In this document: positions 23,062 to 35,775 of the stretch, piece after piece | How positions within the stretch are numbered: the stretch's first letter is position 1 | Layout of the letters: every line of letters starts with the position of its first letter | Translations under genes and position numbers: made by a program | Assembly: GCA_013265495.1 (NCBI GenBank) | Contig: MU060796.1 | Coordinates: 997,104 to 1,061,103 of the forward strand | Length of the DNA: 64,000 nt | Reading direction: 5' to 3' | Origin: Vicugna vicugna | Lineage: Eukaryota | The notes under the pieces: generated by a model | What the model was told of the DNA's origin: nothing | The model's input: only the letters and a program-made list of their open reading frames with translations | Databases searched by the model: none

Positions 23062-23306
23062 NNNNNNNNNNNNNNNNNNNNNNNNNNNNNNNNNNNNNNN
23101 NNNNNNNNNNNNNNNNNNNNNNNNNNNNNNNNNNNNNNNNNNNNNNNNNNNNNNNNNNNNNNNNNNNNNNNNNNNNNNNNNNNNNNNNNNNNNNNNNNNN
23201 NNNNNNNNNNNNNNNNNNNNNNNNNNNNNNNNNNNNNNNNNNNNNNNNNNNNNNNNNNNNNNNNNNNNNNNNNNNNNNNNNNNNNNNNNNNNNNNNNNNN
23301 NNNNNN
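23062..23306. other. N-run, 245 nt
   Basis: Direct count. Confidence 0.99.
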
Positions 23307-23504
23307 TTACAAGTTTGGGTTTGGTTTTTTTTCCCCTCTCCATCCACTGATGACTTTAAAACTGCAGCAAATTATCTTTTTTTTACACAAGTCTGGCAAT
23401 TACAAGGTTTTAATGAAAGGCATTTTTATAAATGGACCCCTTCCCTCTCCCCCACCACTACCCCCAAGGGTGCTTATTAAATGGGGGCGGTTCTAAAATG
23501 TGGC

Positions 23505-23945
23505 GTCACAGGGATCTTGGTGGCTCGTGGCTTAGGCAAGTTCGAATCCTGACTCAGCCACTTACTGACTGTGTGATTTTGGGCCGATACATCCTTAGGC
23601 TCAGTTTCTTCATCTGTAAAATGGGGGTCGTGACTGCTGTTCTTCAGGGTCACTACCATTGGGCAGTCTCTGGACTGCACCCAGGTGCCCAACCAAGGGG
23701 ATGGGTGGGGGCTGGATTCCAGCCCCTATCCACTTGGCCGCCAGGGATGGGGCTGGGCCACATCCTCCCAGGAAGGAGCGTCTTCCCTAATTCAGGTGCT
23801 GAACGACCAAGCAGCCCCAGCCGACCTCACCGGGAGGTTACGAGCTTTAAAATGAAATAATGCAGGCAAAGCACTAGAGTGACGTCTGGTACCTAGTAAA
23901 TGCCCTGATTTCATTATGATGGTGATGGTGGTGATGATGATGATG
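23505..23945 (+). mobile_element. MIR in two pieces (about 23505-23645 and 23835-23945) ending in a (GAT/GGT)n tail
   Basis: ttcgaatcctgactcagccacttactgactgtgtga...ctcagtttcttcatctgtaaaatgggg; later aaagcactagagtgacgtctggtacctagtaaatg. Confidence 0.65.
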
Positions 23946-24534
23946 AGTCCACAATGAAATGTCACACCGCTGCTGGATTTCCTATTTCAGAGGAAGAGTT
24001 CCAGCCCTGTCTTCACCCACATCGAAGACGCCATCATCAAGACCTGCCTGTGGGGGCCAGGTTCTGGAGTGATAGGCCCCAGGTGATTGGTTCTCTCTGG
24101 CTCCCTAGACCCGCTGCCCAATCTCCGCACGAGAGTAGGCAGGGGTGCCCTGTTGCCTGTTAGATTTGGTGCCTTCCTCCTCAGCCGGCCGCGGCGGCGC
24201 AGTAAATCCCAGGCCTTCACACAGCCTCACGCAGCTGGGAGCAGATTCCTACAGCCTGGGAGGTCCCTTTGGGGACCACCTTTCTTTCCCTTCTCCCAGC
24301 TTTGAAGGAAGTGCCCACCCAGGAAGGAGGCACAATGCCCCCCTCTGTTGGCTTTCCCGCCTCACTATTCCCTGAGACACCCATTCAGTCACTGCCCCCA
24401 AAGCTAAGCAGTGGAGACCCCAGCTGCCCCTCCAAGGAAATGGATAGAGAGGAATTTCCACCACGAAGCTCCAAGCTTACACCCACATCATGCGAGCCTC
24501 ACCCCGTAACTCGTGTCTCCCCCTTGCCTCAGGC

Positions 24535-24660
24535 CAATTCTGGCTTCAAATCAGGGCTCTCTACTACCATCTGGGTGCCCTGGTGCAAGTCACATTCCTG
24601 CTCTGAGCCTCAGTTTCCTCATCTGTAAAATGGGAATAGAAAGAATACCCACTTGTCAAA
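24535..24660 (+). mobile_element. MIR fragment
   Basis: ctctgagcctcagtttcctcatctgtaaaatgggaata. Confidence 0.75.
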
Positions 24661-25194
24661 GCTAAAAAAAAAAAGCAGCTGGCAGCAAACCACATAGAAG
24701 AGGACAAGATCACTCTCTTCTAGGCCCCAGCTACACAGAACAGGCACCTGCTGCCCAGCCCCAGACCAATGGCCAAAAGCCCTGACCACAGTTCACGGAG
24801 CTCAGAGCACCTCCGTCCATTTCAGGGGCAGTTCAGAGAGCCACTGCCCGATGGAGATGTCTGTGTTGATGGGAAGAAGCAAAGGGCCTCCCACCTACTC
24901 ATGCTTGCCAAAGCCTGCCATCTGGGGGCACTGGCATGCTGCCTGCAGGTTTTAATGTTTCAGGAGAGAAAAGTGTTAGAAGACTTTCTGATCTCACAGA
25001 GCAAGAAGTGCGGGTCAAGAACGCAGGGGCCCCCCAGCTGGCAGCTTCATCGTGGCGTGCAGGATGACGTCACTGGACCAAGTATTCTGCTGTTTACAAA
25101 CAACGAGCGGTGTGCTCCCACTACCACCTCCTTTACTTCGATAAGCCCAGGATCCTGGTCTCCCGAAGCTAGGGAATCACATCTAAGGACAGAG

Positions 25195-25590
25195 CATGGA
25201 GCGTCTTCCAGACAACGTGCTTTGTCGGGAAGCAAAGTTAACAGAGCAAGATTGGGTGCACACGTTTATTTGGAAGGTGAGCTCAGGAGGCACTATGAGG
25301 GGTGGGGAGGTGAGGCGAGGAAGGGACGAGAATCTCTAGAGTGTGTCTTGATGAGCCAATTATTAATATGGGCAACTGGGGCTGAAGTTTGACAGGCACC
25401 CTCTGAAAGACGATACTACAAGATGCTCCCACTAAGAGTCAAGAACCTGGGCTACTTACCTACCAACACCCGTGTCTCACTGGTTGAGGCTGTTCCTTGG
25501 GGCTTCAACTCTTGGGATTGTCCTCCTCACAGGCCATGAGACACTCAGCCGCTGGAGAGTAGGGAAACTGACTACAGGTGACCTCCTAGT
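25195..25590 (-). mobile_element. ERVL-class LTR remnant (LTR16/LTR33-like)
   Basis: gtttatttggaaggtgagctcaggaggcac...gggcaactggggctga...ctggttgaggctg resembles old ERVL LTRs; subfamily uncertain. Confidence 0.55.
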
Positions 25591-25629
25591 GTCTGCCACT
25601 CTCCAGTCAGCTATCTGAGGTAGCCACTA

Positions 25630-25760
25630 TTCCTTGCCCCATTTTGCAGACGGGGAAACTGAGACTCAGCTAGACTTACAGTCACACAGGGAGAAAACAG
25701 TAAGGCTGGGACTTGAGCCCAGTCACCACTGACTCCAGAACCAGTGCTCTGACCCTCCAA
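25630..25760 (-). mobile_element. MIR fragment
   Basis: ccccattttgcagacggggaaactgagactcag. Confidence 0.7.
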
Positions 25761-26694
25761 GCTGCACTGCACATCCCATGTAACCCCCAAACAGTGCCGT
25801 GAAACGTGATATAAAATAAGAGTAGATGCTAATGGCAGTCAAGACTAGAAAAAGTATATCTAGAAAAAATAACACTTGCTTGTTACTATGGAACAAGTGC
25901 TCAGCACACAGCAAATGCTCCACAGGAGTTAACGTCTATGCTTTCAACTCTTTGAACCCCTTTTCTGACTAACATGCAAACAATCTCCCTTTGGAGGAAA
26001 AAGCCGAAGCTCAGAGGACTAAGAGCCTGGCACGCTCTTTCCCAGCAACCAGAACAGATGTACAAGAGATGAAGGCGCCCCAGATGCTGGTGCAAACCTG
26101 TCTACCCAGGACTGGAACCCAGGAGTTCAGATCGAAGGCCAGAAGAAAGTAGCGGGGGCTGCACCCTGGGACCCCCGGAGCAGATTAGGCTAGGAAGTGA
26201 GGCTGGGAGAGAAAAGAAGTTGGGCATAGGCCACTCCAAGGGCAGGAGCCCCACCATGCGGACGTCCCCTGAGTGACCCTGGAAGCCTAGTTATGGTGCC
26301 ACCCTCAAAGAACCTTCCTAAAATGTTCCATTAGCCAAGTTTTCTTCCCCTGGGATGCTTCCCAAATCTGAACTGGCACATTTATAATATCTGAAGATGC
26401 TCAGTTCAGCAAATGTCACTTTTCTGTGGGGCCACCCCCACCTCCCAAAGAAACCTGGATGTTTCATGGTGCATTCAGCCTCAGTGCTGGAGCTTGGCAG
26501 TTGCCTGGCACTGCAGGCATCACCCTTGGCAGCAGACCAGTTCCTCTCCCTGATGGGATTGTTCTACTGGCCCAGAGACCCAGTATGAACCCTAAGTCAC
26601 CCTGGGCACTGACTTCAGCAGGTGTAGTTGTTACAGACAAGGGGCTACCAGAATCACACAGGTCTGATTTCATATCCTGCCTCTGTCACGTACC

Positions 26695-26860
26695 GGCTGG
26701 GCAATGCTGAATTGTTCTTTATCCTCTCTGAGTCTCAGTTTCCTCATCTGTTAAAGGGGATACTTCTGGTTACTAATCTCAAAGGGATGTTTCTAAGACT
26801 AAGAGAGATACTGCATATGAAGAACTTGCTTCCCTAGTCTAGCATTTTGACAGAATAGAT
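26695..26860 (+). mobile_element. MIR fragment
   Basis: ctctctgagtctcagtttcctcatctgttaaagggg. Confidence 0.7.
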
Positions 26861-27629
26861 GTTTAGGAGAAATCTTCCTGCAACATAATACCCATACACT
26901 AAAAAAATGTTGGGTAAAATTATTTTAGAAGATTATTATTTTTTTTAATGCATGAGTGAGCAGGCAGGACCAGCAGATGGAGAACACTCCAAAACAGAGA
27001 TGACGTGGGCATGAACTTGTGTTTGCGTGTGGAGCAGCTGCTAACACCTGGTGGACTTAAGTCTTTGTTTGAAAGTGTCTCTGATGTGTGGAGAAGTGAA
27101 GACAAGACTTGGGACCTAGCTGTTAAGACTGGGGACCCTGGGAAGGTGAGGTCTACCCCAGTGAGTAAAAAATATCACCTCATATCTCAACAAAGCTGTT
27201 AACAAAACAACCCCCCACCCCACAGAGGAGAGACCATGGAACTGCTACCAGTCTCCCCCGCAAGCTCTTAGTCATGAGGCTCGCATGGGTTTGGAGTCCA
27301 AATCCACTCACAGCATCCACATACATGGCATGAAAAGCCATAAGCTAACTATTTGGTTTAACGTGTTCCCATGTTGGCAACTAACCAGGAAACTTGGCAG
27401 AAGCGAACGCAGACTTTCTCTAAGTAAAGCCCAGCAAACCAAGCCTCCAAACGCTCCTGCAGACAAAGGGCCCCAAGAACAGGACCACCAGCCGAATCAC
27501 AAGGAAGCAAACCACCATGAGAATAAGACCCGCGATGTCTGCAGATACATGAATGGACAGAAGCAGAATATAAAACCAAGCAGGTTGACTATGTTCTTAG
27601 AACGAAACGAAACTTTTCCAAGTAGAGGA

Positions 27630-27945
27630 TACACACAACTACGTTGACAAATCTCAAAAATGTACTATTGAGTGAAGGAAGTCAGACCCGGAAGGGCACG
27701 TGTTGTGTCATTCCATTTAGGGAAAGGTGAACACAGCCAAAACCATCTATCGTGGTGGAAATCAAAGAGTGGTTTCTGTGGAGAAGGTGAGTGGTGGTAG
27801 GAAGGGAGCGGGGGAGCTCCTGGTGGTCTGACTCTTCACCGGGGTTGTGGTGATGTACGTACATTCGCTTTGGGAAACTTCATCATGCTGTAAACCTCTG
27901 ATTCCTGCACTTCTCTCCATATAAGTTATACTTCAATTTTCAAAA
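27630..27945 (+). mobile_element. Old L1 (L1MC/ME-like) 3' end
   Basis: aatctcaaaaatgtactattgagtgaaggaagtcagac ... taagttatacttcaattttcaaaa. Confidence 0.7.
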
Positions 27946-27949
27946 GGAA

Positions 27950-28745
27950 CTGGATGACTTGAATAAATTAGACACCGCTGAGGGGAAATCAGTGAACCAG
28001 ACGACAAGTCTGAAGGACTTACTCGACTGCAACACAGTGAGAAATAGAGGTGGAAATTTTGGAAGAGAGGTTTAAAAATAGGGAAAATAAAGGGGAAAGT
28101 TCTAGCAGACATCTACTCTGAGTTCCAGAAAGAGGGGATAAGAAATTAGAGGGGAGGCAATATTCAAAAAAATGGCTGAGAAGTTTCCAGAATTGATGGA
28201 CGTCACCGGTCCTCAGGTCTTACTCTGTTCGGGCTGCCATAACAAAATACCAGAGACTAGGTAGCTTATAAACAAATAGTTATTTCTTAGAGTCCTGGAG
28301 GTTGGGAAGTCCAAGATCAAATTGCTGACAGATTCTAAGTGTCTGCTAAGAGCTCGCCTCCTGGTTCGTAGGCGGTTACCATCTCGCTGTGTCCTCACAT
28401 GGCAGAAGGGATGACGGAGTCTCTCCGGGGCCTCTCTGGTAGGGGCACTAATCCCATTCATGAGGGCGGAGCCCCCCAGAGGCCCCACCTTCAAACACCA
28501 TCACACTGGGTGTTAGATTTCAACATCAGAACTCGCCGGTGACACAGATAAAGTAGAACCCCCTCAGATTCAGGAATCTCAAGCAGACTAAATGAGTAAG
28601 CATCCATGCCAGGACATATCTTAGCAGAAGAACACCGAGGACAAAAAAGAAGGTCTTAAGATCACCTTGAAATAAAAGAAATATTACCTCCTAAGGAGCA
28701 GCTACCAGAACAGTGACTGACTTCTCAGTGACGACACAGTCACGA
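27950..28745 (+). mobile_element. Decayed L1 ORF1/HAL1-like region split by an MLT1 LTR
   Basis: ttagacaccgctgaggggaaatcagtgaac ... atggctgagaagtttccagaattgatg...cctcag | cctcagattcaggaa ... gactgacttctcag. Confidence 0.6.
28217..28562 (-). mobile_element. MLT1A-like ERVL-MaLR solo LTR
   Basis: gtcttactctgttcgggctgccataacaaaatacc ... ggaagtccaagatca ... cctcacatggcagaaggg; 5-bp TSD ctcag at 28212-28216 and 28563-28567. Confidence 0.85.
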
Positions 28746-28824
28746 CACACCGTGAGCACTCAGCAGGTGGAAGCTATCGCTGCCAGTGCTCGGAACAGTA
28801 ACAAGGGTGCCAGAAACATTCACA

Positions 28825-29000
28825 TCTCAGCTCTGCCACTGGCTTAATTGGGCAACCTGGAGTAAATCATCTTAACTGTAAGAGCCTGGGTTTCCTTGTC
28901 TTAAAAACAAGGTTTTGGTAAAGATGAAATGAGATGATGTAAGTAAGGTATTTGGCACCATATCTGCCACTTAGTTAATGAAAAATAAACGCTGGCTACA
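28825..29000 (+). mobile_element. MIR fragment
   Basis: ctcagctctgccactggctt...gagcctgggtttccttgtctt...aaatgagatgatgtaagtaa. Confidence 0.65.
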
Positions 29001-29549
29001 AAGTCAGCCCCCTGATGGGTCAGAGCAGGAGTGATGAGGGTCAAGTTCATCTCAAATTAACTCCTAGAGGCTACGACCCTGGAATCTCACTTGAAAGCTC
29101 AGGTAAGCTCTCTACGAATAGAAAATATTTCTCTCGAAAATACCAGCCCAGGACAGACGTACACAGAAGTTCCAAGAATGAAAATTCAGTGGAAACCCAT
29201 TCCACAAGCTGGTCCCAAGCCGCCACCATTTCTGCGGACAACACTCCCTACACCCAGTATACCCATTAGATGAAGAAACATGAGTTTAATCATCTTCCTT
29301 CCCATTACGTTCTGCATGTCACTTATCAGAGTGACACAGTGGGATCACAGTGGGACCTCGCAGAGACTTCAGGAAGTTAAGCAGAGCAGGTTAAGAAGTG
29401 GAGACTCAGAAAGATGAATGGCTTGCCCTGGCCTATGGCGCACGTAAATGGCGGGTAGAGCTTGAACACAGGCCTTCTGGCTCGCCCTGCTGTCTCCCAT
29501 CTAGGCCTTAGCCATGGACTCCAAAGCTCATCCCCCAGATCTTGGAATA

Positions 29550-29815
29550 AATGCCTCTCTTTCATCTTTCAGGTCTCAATTTAAACGTCCCTTCCTCAGA
29601 GAAGTCTTCACTAACCACTACCTCTCATCCTCCACCACCGCATCCTTTCACTTCCAAGAGAGTACTCTCCATCATTCCTAGTTACATGCTGTTTGTGGCC
29701 TGTTTGTTTAATGCCTTTATTCACCGGAGCATCACCCAATGCTGCCAGAGTGCATGGCATGTGGTATCCATTCAATACATGTTTGGGGAGTGAATAAATG
29801 TAAGTTGCATGAACT
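29550..29815 (+). mobile_element. L2 3' end
   Basis: ttcaggtctcaatttaaacgtcccttcctcagagaag ... cattcaatacatgtttggggagtgaataaatg. Confidence 0.65.
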
Positions 29816-31394
29816 CATTCAGCTAAGTGAACCCATTTATGGTGTTATCTCTAATTATGTAAACAGCTGTAACATCACGTAATGGGGGTCAAAAACTATA
29901 TCCAATATTTCTTCTTACAACCCTTCCCCAGCCCACACTGAGCAATGCTCACAAGACAAAAAGCACTGAATGAATAAAGGGAATGGTTCCTATGTGGGAC
30001 CGTAAGCCTCTCTGGCCTGCTGCCCCTTCTCATCTAAGCCTCTCCTGGAACAGAAGAGCCAAGATCAGTAGGAATTAGAATAAATCCATCCGTGGAAGCC
30101 ATCTCTCACCTCCATGTAATCATTTTAATTAAAGGAATAAAATGAATGTGAGTGCGTCCCATCTGATGATCCCCATTTATAAAGCATCCTCCTGCTCATC
30201 CACCTTTATTTTCTAGCTCGAGGACTTTGCTGAGTCCCATTCCATCTCTGGATGGTATAGGAGAGGGGATGGAATGGAGGAGAAAGAGGAAGGAGGTGGA
30301 AACACATTGAAACAAAAAAAGACGGGGGAGGAGAGAATGAAACAGTGTAAGGTTGGCCACACATTTGTCATTAAGTCACAGCCGAATCCCAGTGTTTGTG
30401 TGAGGTGGAATTACCTCATTCTTTTAGCCTGTGAGTCTCTGCGACCCACCAGTCAAGTATGTGATTGGATTTCAGCTCAACAAAACCTTAAATTACACAC
30501 CTATTGTGCCTGAGCTAAGCCTAGTTTCGCACAGTGGAGAAGGCTTCTCCCGGCCCCCTTGGCAGTGTTCGATCCAGCGCTGATCTCCTCCGCTGGCTGA
30601 TGAATGCGTAATAGGATTAGAGTCTCATCTCAAGCAACATGGTAATTGTCGTGTTGGGTGCAGGGACAAAGGCTGGGGTGATGGGTAGGGGCTGCACAGT
30701 GGAGATGGGCCTGTCCCCCCAAATACGCCCGCTGACATAGAGGGATAGGCCAAGGGCCTCAGGGAGGGCAAGGCCAAGTCCTGGGGAGAGGCCAAATGAC
30801 ATTTACTGAGGATCTCCCAAGGTCAGGGACTGTCCTGGGCACCTGCACAGAGGTATCTATCTCATCGAATGCTCACAATTGCTCTCTGAAGTGTGGGAGG
30901 GAAAATCTTTTGGGTTTTTCCTGCATCTATTCCCCACTTCTGGATACAGGACCCCCCTTTCCATGGGGAACCAAACCATCCCCACTTTCAGAGGAAAACT
31001 CTCGTGGGACCATCTCCACCTCCAGATCCCAGGGAGGTCACGTGACCACGCCAGGCTAATCAGAGACACCAGTGTTCACTGCAGAACTGTTGTCAGTATC
31101 CACCTACCCAAGGTCACACAGCTGATCAGTGGCAGAGCTGGGATTTGGGCCCAAGCCTATTCATTCTAAGCCGTGCGTGCTTCACAGTATACTGGCCGTT
31201 CCCACCAGCCGGCCTGGGCCTGCTCTGTGGAAGGGCTCAAAGCCTCTGACACCACAAGGGAAGAAACACGAGCAACCTGGGCGAGCCAGGGCACATTTCC
31301 GGGTGGAGAAGGTCAAGATACGTTTTCCCTTTCTGCCAAAACCTCCTTCTGGCCATTACTCACCTTCTTTCCCACCCTAAGCCCAGAGCGGACA

Positions 31395-31582
31395 GAGGTT
31401 TGGAACAGTGGAAATAACGAGGGCTTTGGAGACAGACCCACGTTCAAATCCTGACTCATCCGTTTATTCTGGCTGTGTGGCTTTAGACAAATAACTTATC
31501 CTTCCTGAGTGTCAATTCTCTCAGCCATAATGTGGAAATAAGTATACCTTGGGATGATTATGAAGATTAAGCAGATAAAATA
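31395..31582 (+). mobile_element. MIR SINE
   Basis: ggctttggagacagacccacgttcaaatcctgactc ... ggatgattatgaagattaa. Confidence 0.75.
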
Positions 31583-31584
31583 GA

Positions 31585-31925
31585 TGTGTCTATTATGCTT
31601 TTTGGCTTCAAGGAACAGAAAAATCTCACTTACTGTGACTTAAACAGAGAAGCATGTATTTTTCTTGACTAACAAGACAACAGGAGTAGACACTTCCAGG
31701 TTAGCTCAGTGGCTCTGTGATCCACCTGGCTTTCTTTCACCATATTATAGTTACGAGGTAGCTGCAGTGGTCCTAAGTGCTGAACCCTCAGGACAGAGGA
31801 CTTCTGTTCCCATATCTCTCTCCTTTTACAATAGAGAATCCAGCACACTTGTCCTTACATCTCACTGGCCAGAACTGGATCGCATGATCACCCCTAGCTG
31901 CAAAGGATGCTGGGAAGATGAGATT
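31585..31925 (-). mobile_element. MLT1 (late, K/L-like) LTR
   Basis: ttggcttcaaggaacagaaaa ... catctcactggccagaactggatcgcatgatcacccctagctgcaaaggatgctgggaa. Confidence 0.65.
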
Positions 31926-32694
31926 TTGAGAAAAGGGAATGAGGTGCCTAGCTCACTTTATCCTCTGGTCCTCTATTAACAGGAATAAGGAGGAAGGAAG
32001 GACTGTCTCCTCCAGGGAGAAAATCAACAACAGTTGCCAGATTCTATGAAGCCCCCTGGGCAGAATCTGACACATATAAAATACCCCTATAACTAGAAGT
32101 GCTATTATTATTATTATTACACTAAATGTTCTGCCAATCACACAGAAAGTGCCTTTGGAGCATCCTTGCCCTCGTCAGCGCCAAGCTTCAGGAAGCACAA
32201 CACGCGCAGGCTCGGCTTCCCCTCCCGCACCCACACAGCCGGACCAGGAGGAGGCGGCTTGCTCATGACAGGAGGAGGTGCCTTGTCCCTCACCATGGAA
32301 AGCAAGGGTCATGGCGGTCTCTGCCTCTGAAGAAGACAATAGAGAGGCGGTCTGGAGCTGAACGTTCCCGTGGAAGACAGATTTGGGAAGTCACGTGCAA
32401 CAGGCGAACTGTTCAGTGGTTACTGAAGCCTCTCTGGAACTGTTGTCCAAGGGGTTGCTTTGAGCTGCAATTCACAGCCCGCTGCTTCTGCAACTCAAGC
32501 CCTGGCCCCTTCCCACCCACCCCTCACCAGCCTCTCCGCCTTGTTTACAAGAAAGATGATAGCTGTATCTCCCCCCACCCAAGAAAGAGACTGAGGACGA
32601 GACACCAAGGGGAGCAGCTCACTCTGGGAATATACAATATAGTGACCCATCTCCTAGTCCCTCCATGCTCACCAGGTCCCCAGTGACTGAGACG

Positions 32695-32830
32695 TTCATT
32701 CATTAATTCAGTCAATCTTACATTCGACAGATAGTTTTGAGTGCCTACTATTTACCAGCTTCATTCTAAGCGCTGGGGCTCCAAGCCAGCAGTAAGCCAC
32801 ACATGCCACTTGCCTCACCTTTGCACAGAA
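32695..32830 (-). mobile_element. L2 3' end fragment
   Basis: ttcattcattaattcag ... tttgagtgcctactatttaccag. Confidence 0.55.
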
Positions 32831-32919
32831 CGTGCCTCCACACCCCCTGGGGATGTTCTAAGGATGCTTCCAGCATCCCAGTTTCTCCCACTCAATTCGT
32901 ACGTCATCCTAATCACAGG

Positions 32920-33630
32920 CATCACCTCCACGTCACATCCTCCTGGATAACCACAATCAAAAAGATGGACCATAACATGTGTCGGTGAGGGCGTGGAGAA
33001 ACTGGAACACTCACACATGGCCGGCAGGAACGTAAAATGATGCAGTCGCTTTGGAAACTGTCTGGAAATCACTCAAAAGGTGAAGCATAGAGTTATCCTA
33101 TGATCCAGAAATTTCACTCTGAAGGGAATTTGCTCAAGAGAATTAAAAACAGATGTCACAAAGAAACCTTTACACAAATGCTCTTAGCAACATTATTCAT
33201 AAGGACCAAGAAGTGGAAACAATTGAAATGTCCACAGACATTTCTTCAGCCATAGGAAGGCACGAAGTGCTGATGCACGTTACAACATGGGTGACCCTTG
33301 AAAACACTGTGAAAAGGGAAAGGAGCCAGACACAGCAGGCCACATATTGTAGGATTCCACTTCTATGAAATGCCAAGAATAAACAAATCCACCGAGACAG
33401 AAAGTAGATTTGCGGTCGTCAGAGGCTGGGACCAGGAGGGAATGGAAAGTGACTGCTAAGGGGCGTGACATTTCTTTTGAGGGGATGATGAGAAGTCTCT
33501 GGGGGATCATAGGATTAGACAGTAGTGATAGTTGTACAAACTTGTAAAAAAAAAAAAACACTGAGGCATATATTTTAAGAGGGTGAATTTTATGATGATA
33601 TGTGAGTTATATTTTTTTTTTAAAAAAACC
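32920..33630 (+). mobile_element. L1MB-like 3' region
   Basis: gtggagaaactggaacactc...aaaatgatgcagtcgctttggaaac ... acaacatgggtgacccttgaaaacac ... gggtgaattttatg. Confidence 0.9.
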
Positions 33631-35297
33631 AAACCCAAAATCATTCCCCAGCCCCGACTGCCATAAGAAAATGAACATGTAGCCGGAGAAGCCGCGGCCG
33701 CCCCATTTGCTTCCTGTCCTCGTTGGCATCAGTCCTCCTGGAGAGGTCTGGTGCTTCGCTCAAGAGCCCTCGGCCTCCTGAGACCCTGCTGCCAAGGGCT
33801 TGCTGTTGGCGACCGAAGCCTTTCCCTCCGCCCTCTTCTGCCCTGAGTTCACTGCCTGAGAAGGCAGCCATGGTGGACACCGGGCACGTCCTTGGGAAGG
33901 ACACTGGGGTGGCGGCCTCAGCGGTGTCTTGTCACCAACCAGCCTGGCCTGACCGTGTGATCCCGAGAAGGAGAAGAGGAGCACTCAACAGTCCCCAGTG
34001 CCACCGGAGGTGACTTTTGTCACAGCCCCTGCCCCCATCAGAGCCAGTGCACCTGCATGGAAGAGTCAGCAGAGATTCAACATCAGGTTTTTTTTTCCCC
34101 CTTTAAAAAATTAGTCACACTGTAGTTAAAGTCACCGGATGGAATTTTCTTCCACGCACAAGAAGCTGGGGTAGAAATGTCAGGGGATCTTCAGCCTGGC
34201 CAACTCTTTACAAAGCCAGTTAACAAGAACCAGCCTCCTTAGAAGTAGCTAATGCCTTTAAGTAGAATTTCCCCCCTCCTTTCCATGAGAAGTAGTATCT
34301 TCATGGGAGCTAGAAAACAAAGCTCAGTTCCCACATTCCCAAAGTTAAGGGCTCTGTGTTTCCCAGCAGAACACCTGCTCCTTTCCCTCTCAAAGACTCC
34401 AGTGCCCTTCACTACTCAACCTTCAGGCTTATGTGAAGATCTTCCTGCCCTATGGAAGGACATGAAAACCTGGTGTCATGGCAAGGGTTGGATCGGGAGG
34501 ATAACTCCAATGACTGCCCACTTGCCTTAGGTACAACAGAATCACAGTCTAACAGGGTTGAGGCTCAATGCAGGTGGCTGCCCTACTGGCAAGGGGTGTT
34601 TCTGAATCTCAAAAATGATGGTGTCAAGATGAAAAAACAGGGGCCTACGGGTGCCCCAAACTCAAGGCTGCTGTTTCCAAATGGGGATCAGCCAAATGGG
34701 AGGAAGGATGCACACAGGCATGAAGGCCTCCAGCCCCAGGACAGAAGGAGGAGTTGCCCTTGACCCTGCAGTTCTCTCTGGGTCACCACGGAGAACCCAC
34801 CAGAGAAATGTTTAACCTGGTCAGCACCTGTTGGCATCTCTGGCACCCAGGGGACAGGGTTGGGTGGGAAAGTGGGGTAGCCCAGAGTCCTCACTGAGTC
34901 CATTAGTTCCTGTGACACTGCGACCTTGGAACTGCATCTCTGAGCATCCAGGGGCCTCTTGTATGAGACAGGCACTTTTTACGCCAGATTTACTCTCCTT
35001 CTGGGGCAGATGTGAAGATCAAGAAAGGTCACAAATAAGACCCACGTTAATGTTCCAGAATGCCATGAAAATCTAAAGGAGGAATATATAGCAAGGAGGA
35101 AAAACCTATTTGTCCAAAAGAGTTTTTCGTCCAAAAGAGTTTTTCAAAGATGTCAGAAAACCCTTGTTGCTCACTCAGTCCCTCCTGAGAGTCTGTCTGC
35201 TCCTTGGATTTACTGTGTGCTCTGGACGTTCCAGAACAAGCTTCCAGAGGAGACAGTCTATTCATATCCAGACATCGAGTTATCATGATTTTATGAC

Positions 35298-35545
35298 TCA
35301 TTCTTCCTTCAAACATTTATTAAACATCTACCCGACGCCAGGCCCTCGGCCAGACTCTGGGCTACGGCACAGCACACACAATCCCTGACCCCTTCCAGTA
35401 GGACAAATAGACATAAAAAAGGAACATGACAGCCGTGGAGGCTCTGGAATGACGTTCAGGGTTCACTGAGGATGCAGCTGTGTGCAGGGTGACATGAGTG
35501 AGGAGAAGCTTCAGAGAAGCATGAACCTGTTGCTGTCAAAAGACT
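35298..35545 (-). mobile_element. L2 3' end fragment
   Basis: tcattcttccttcaaacatttattaaacatctac...gccaggc. Confidence 0.6.
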
Positions 35546-35574
35546 AAATGTTAGGGTCATACAAGCCCAGGTTT

Positions 35575-35775
35575 CTATAGCAACTTCTATGATAGGGTGA
35601 CCTGGGACAAAAGACTTCACCTCCCCTAGCCTGGGCTTACCCACCTACCTGCAATAGAAGAGAACAGTACCTACCTCACAAGGCTCTTGGAAGAATTAAA
35701 TAAACGATGTGTGCAAAGTGATTAAGATGGCTCCTGGCACATAGTCAGTGCTCAAGAAATGGAATGATGCTAAGC
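35575..35775 (+). mobile_element. MIR fragment
   Basis: gtacctacctcacaaggctcttggaagaattaaataa ... cctggcacatagtcagtgctcaagaaat. Confidence 0.7.

Noticed and set aside
22101-23480. Long ORFs spanning N-runs (also at 5.7-6.4, 10.3-11.1, 13.3-13.9, 42.4-42.9 and 60.0-61.0 kb)
   Set aside because: Their length is inflated by X codons, which cannot be stops; the visible parts resemble no protein.
24769-25392. 207-aa ORF
   Set aside because: No recognisable protein similarity, and its 3' third runs through an ERVL-type LTR remnant.
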